Assembly: GCA_965603745.1 (NCBI GenBank)
Contig: CBFDEE010000001.1
Location: forward strand, 1 to 28,751
DNA: 28,751 nt
DNA from: an uncultured Bacteroides sp.
Lineage (GTDB): Bacteria; Bacteroidota; Bacteroidia; Bacteroidales; SM23-62
Direction: 5' to 3'
The notes under the pieces were generated by a model. The model saw only the letters and a program-made list of their open reading frames with translations, was not told where the DNA came from and ran no database searches. The position numbers were made by a program, and so were the translations under genes. Every line of letters begins with the position of its first letter. Within the stretch, counting starts at the first letter, position 1. Below, in pieces: positions 25,923 to 28,751 of this stretch.

Positions 25923-26696
25923 TCAGATCTTTAAATCAAACAATGAAGCAGCATTTTTTGTAGTAAGTTCCGCTATGGTTTCAACCGGGACCCCGTGGAT
26001 CTCCGAAAGTTTCTCTGCAATATGGATAAGGTAGGCAGGTTCATTTCGCTTTCCTCTTACAGGAACCGGTGCAAGGTATGGAGCATCTGTTTCCAGGACT
26101 ATATGCTGCAGGTCAATCTCCCTGACCACGGCATCCAGTCCCGCATTTTTGAATGTCACAATACCTCCGATCCCCAGCTTGAAGCCATATTCAATGATTC
26201 GCTGTGCCTGGCCTGCATCTCCCGTAAAAGCATGGAAAATTCCACTGAGGGTATCGTCGTTTTCCTGTTCCATGATCCTGAACAGTTCATCGAATGAATT
26301 TCTTGCATGGATTATCAGCGGCAGACCGGATTCTTTGGCAAGCTTAATATGTTCCCTGAACGATTCCTCCTGTTGTGCCGAGTGAGTTTTATCCCAGTAA
26401 AGATCTATCCCGGTCTCCCCGATGCCCCAGTACTTCCGTGTACCGGTAAGTTCCCGGATCCGTTCGATTTCCTGTTCGTATTCATCGTTTACGGAAGTAG
26501 GATGCAGCCCGATCATGGGAAGGCAATTCTCCGGGTACTTATCCGCAAGGCGGTGCATAGCATTGACGGTTCTTCCATCGACATTGGGAAGAAGCATTTT
26601 TTCAATGCCCCTTTCCAGTGCGGAATTTACTACCCTGTCGCGATCCTCCCTGAATTCGCGAAGGTATAAATGGGTATGTGTGTCAATAAAAATCAC
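25923..26696 (-). CDS. tatD: TatD-family nuclease
   Basis: IDTHTHL, GIGETGID, IIHAR, IFHAF and LETDAPY. Start set at GTG 26696. Confidence 0.93.
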   Translation of the reverse strand: MIFIDTHTHLYLREFREDRDRVVNSALERGIEKMLLPNVDGRTVNAMHRLADKYPENCLPMIGLHPTSVNDEYEQEIERIRELTGTRKYWGIGETGIDLYWDKTHSAQQEESFREHIKLAKESGLPLIIHARNSFDELFRIMEQENDDTLSGIFHAFTGDAGQAQRIIEYGFKLGIGGIVTFKNAGLDAVVREIDLQHIVLETDAPYLAPVPVRGKRNEPAYLIHIAEKLSEIHGVPVETIAELTTKNAASLFDLKI

Positions 26697-26711
26697 CGGA
26701 TCCTGGCCGTA

Positions 26712-26719
26712 CAAATCTA
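26712..26719 (-). promoter_or_regulatory. -7 element TAGATTTG for tatD-ansA (a second candidate, TACTTTTG, is at 26763-26770)
   Basis: Exact TAnnTTTG matches upstream of the tatD GTG. Confidence 0.45.
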
Positions 26720-26770
26720 ACAAAAAATAGAGAGACCATGATTCGTATCTCCCCATGCATTCCAAAAGTA

Positions 26771-26967
26771 AAGACATGTTAAATCCAGTTTCATTTACGT
26801 ACTTCCGGCAAAGTTAAACCGGCGCTGCAAATTATGGGTGCAGCACCTGACATCGCAAAGCTATGTAGTGTCGTTTTAACAATCCGAAGGTGCCCATAAT
26901 TTGAAGGCGCCTTGTTCAACAGTGCCTTCAGTACGGTGAAAGAATGAAACGGGATTTTACATGCCTT
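26771..26967. ncRNA. Candidate structured RNA or palindromic element: 197-nt imperfect rod hairpin
   Basis: Ten nested stems paired by hand (about 58 bp), including GTTTCATT/AATGAAAC, CGTACT/AGTACG and CAAATTATGGG/CCCATAATTTG. Family not identified. Confidence 0.55.
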
Positions 26968-28306
26968 ATACTGCTCCCTGGGCGAGCATGGCATCGGCTA
27001 CTTTTACAAACCCACCGATGTTGGCTCCCTTAACATAATTAACATAGTCGCCTTTTTCAGTCCCGAATTTAACACAGGTTTCATGAATGCTCTTCATGAT
27101 CTGCTGCAGGCGGGCGTCAACTTCTTCCCTGGTCCAGGGTAATCTCATGGAATTCTGTGTCATTTCCAGACCGGACACTGCAACGCCTCCGGCATTGGCG
27201 GCTTTACCGGGACCATACAGGATCTTGTGCTCCAGGTATACTTCGATAGCCTCGGGTGTTGATGGCATATTGGCTCCTTCGGAGACAACCTTGCATCCGT
27301 TGCCGATGAGTTTTTCAGCATCCTCTTTATTGATCTCATTTTCCGTAGCACTCGGAAAGGCGGCATCTCCCTTGATGGTCCACGGCCGTTTTCCTTCATG
27401 GTATTCACATCCGAATTTTTCCGCGTATTCCTTGATCCGGCCCCTGCGGATGTTTTTGAGATCCATAACCCAGGCCAGTTTTTCATTATCGATTCCGGCA
27501 GGATCATAGATAAAACCGGCCGAGTCGGAAAGTGTAACCACCTTGCCGCCGAGTTCATTGATCTTTTCTGTTGTGAACTGGGCCACGTTCCCGGAACCGG
27601 AAACCACGCAGGTTTTGCCTTTAAGGGAATCCCCTTTGGTTATCAGCATTTCTTCGGCAAAATAAACCGCTCCGTACCCGGTAGCTTCCGGCCTGATAAG
27701 GCTCCCGCCCCATTCGATTGCCTTTCCCGTAAGTACGCCGGTAAACTCATTACGGATCCTTTTATACTGACCGAACAGGAAACCGATCTCACGGCCGCCC
27801 ACGCCAATGTCGCCGGCTGGGACATCTGTATTGGGACCAATATGGCGGCAGAGCTCCGTCATAAAACTCTGGCAGAAGCGCATGACTTCGTTATCCGATT
27901 TTCCTTTGGGATCAAAGTCCGAACCACCTTTCCCGCCACCCATCGGCAGGGTGGTCAGGCTGTTTTTGAATACCTGTTCAAATGCCAGGAACTTCAATAT
28001 TCCGAGATTTACCGTGGGATGGAACCGTAGTCCCCCTTTATAGGGACCAATGGCAGAATTCATCTCAATGCGGAATCCCCTGTTGATCTGAATTTCACCC
28101 TTGTCATTCAGCCAGGGGACACGAAACATGAGAACTCTTTCAGGTTCGGCGATTCTCTCCAGAATCCGGGCATGTTTGTACCTGGGATTTTCTTCAATAA
28201 ACGGGATGATGGATTCGGCCACTTCATGAACGGCCTGGTGAAACTCAGGTTCTGCAGGATTTTTCGCCTGCACTTTTGACATAAACTCCTGTACTCTAGG
28301 ATCCAT
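26966..28306 (-). CDS. gdhA: NADP-specific glutamate dehydrogenase
   Basis: YKGGLRFH, MGGGKGGSDF, DVPAGDIGVG, RPEATGYG, VSGSGNVAQ and KAANAGGV. Confidence 0.97.
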   Translation of the reverse strand: MDPRVQEFMSKVQAKNPAEPEFHQAVHEVAESIIPFIEENPRYKHARILERIAEPERVLMFRVPWLNDKGEIQINRGFRIEMNSAIGPYKGGLRFHPTVNLGILKFLAFEQVFKNSLTTLPMGGGKGGSDFDPKGKSDNEVMRFCQSFMTELCRHIGPNTDVPAGDIGVGGREIGFLFGQYKRIRNEFTGVLTGKAIEWGGSLIRPEATGYGAVYFAEEMLITKGDSLKGKTCVVSGSGNVAQFTTEKINELGGKVVTLSDSAGFIYDPAGIDNEKLAWVMDLKNIRRGRIKEYAEKFGCEYHEGKRPWTIKGDAAFPSATENEINKEDAEKLIGNGCKVVSEGANMPSTPEAIEVYLEHKILYGPGKAANAGGVAVSGLEMTQNSMRLPWTREEVDARLQQIMKSIHETCVKFGTEKGDYVNYVKGANIGGFVKVADAMLAQGAV

Positions 28307-28498
28307 GATAAAAAGGTTTTAGTTAGATATTATAAATTATTGATTGTTGTTAGAATCAAAGCATCGCCTGCCCTTAAATCCAGAAAAATAGTCAGATCAG
28401 GAAGTATAATCCATGATCTTTATCAGTGAGTGAACATGTTGTTAAACAGAGGGTATCATTGGAAATGATATTACGGCCCTGCGGTCATTAAGAGGTAT

Positions 28499-28751
28499 AT
28501 GGATAAGCTTTTCAAGATTGCCCTGGGAATGGTTCCCGGTATCGGGAATATCATAGCAAAACGGATCCTGGCCCATACAGGCAATGCCGAAGCCGTGTTT
28601 CAACTGGATCGCAGTTCTCTTCTCAGGCTGCCCGGGATTGGCTCCCTGCTGGCAGACAGGATCCTCGATAAATCGGTGATTGAAAGAGCCAGAAAGGAAC
28701 TCGACTACATCCGGAAGAACCGGGTTGATTGTTACTTCTACGATGAGGACG
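28499..28751 (+). CDS. dprA: DNA-processing protein DprA, N-terminal part (truncated by the window end)
   Basis: Manual translation MDKLFKIALGMVPGIGNIIAKRILAHTGNAEAVF...LPGIGSLLA...KELDYIRKNRV..Y.DE matches the remembered Bacteroidota DprA N-terminus. The SMF domain lies outside the window. Confidence 0.7.
   Translation, partial: MDKLFKIALGMVPGIGNIIAKRILAHTGNAEAVFQLDRSSLLRLPGIGSLLADRILDKSVIERARKELDYIRKNRVDCYFYDED

Noticed and set aside
26697-26777. 27-aa N-terminal extension of TatD in the ORF track
   Set aside because: The HxH motif normally lies within the first few residues, and a -7 promoter box sits inside the extension.
26874-26884. TTTTAACAATC identical to the reverse complement of 4670-4680 (the candidate RprY box)
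   Set aside because: It is a single AT-rich 11-mer without the phased partner repeats, and such matches are expected by chance at this window size.
27087-28043. Plus-strand ORFs antisense to gdhA (140, 210 and 78 aa)
   Set aside because: Same shadow-ORF effect; no independent promoter or domain evidence.
19970-28456. ATACCC(C/T)C-like motif upstream of both amt (19970) and gdhA (28448-28456, minus strand) as a nitrogen box
   Set aside because: Too short and degenerate, at different distances from the start codons, and with only two instances.

Overview
Mostly core chromosome of a Bacteroidota bacterium, probably Bacteroidales/Marinilabiliales-like. This is inferred from TAnnTTTG promoters, a T9SS C-terminal domain, the acpP-fabF-rnc-IPExxxVDY block, rprXY, and the tatD-ansA-tRNA-Ser-exbB-exbD-exbD block. 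Left to right: a 15-bp tandem repeat at the window edge; a tightly packed PadR / membrane sensor / TPR / small membrane protein operon; an Asp/Glu racemase homologue with Asp at the first catalytic Cys; a secreted His/Met/acid-rich protein divergent from an RprX/RprY two-component system, with a triple 10-bp-phased TTAA box between them; rnc, fabF, acpP, purN, an M23 peptidase, leuS (possibly mosaic) and tRNA-Arg(CCG). A 2.8-kb AT-rich, integrase-less islet follows the tRNA. It is bounded by a 16-bp direct repeat of the tRNA 3' end and by paired CTGTAAA-N12-AGGGGTTT motifs, and it carries a triply broken YghO/bCerS-like GNAT gene and a T9SS-exported metallophosphoesterase. Next come a PAP2 acid phosphatase, two gene remnants, a YkuD enzyme, amt-glnK, the Exb operon, tRNA-Ser(GGA), ansA, tatD, gdhA and the start of dprA. 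The signal least explained by the genes is a 197-nt imperfect rod-like hairpin (about 58 manually paired bases) filling the gdhA-tatD intergenic region. All family calls come from motif recognition by eye; no database search was run.
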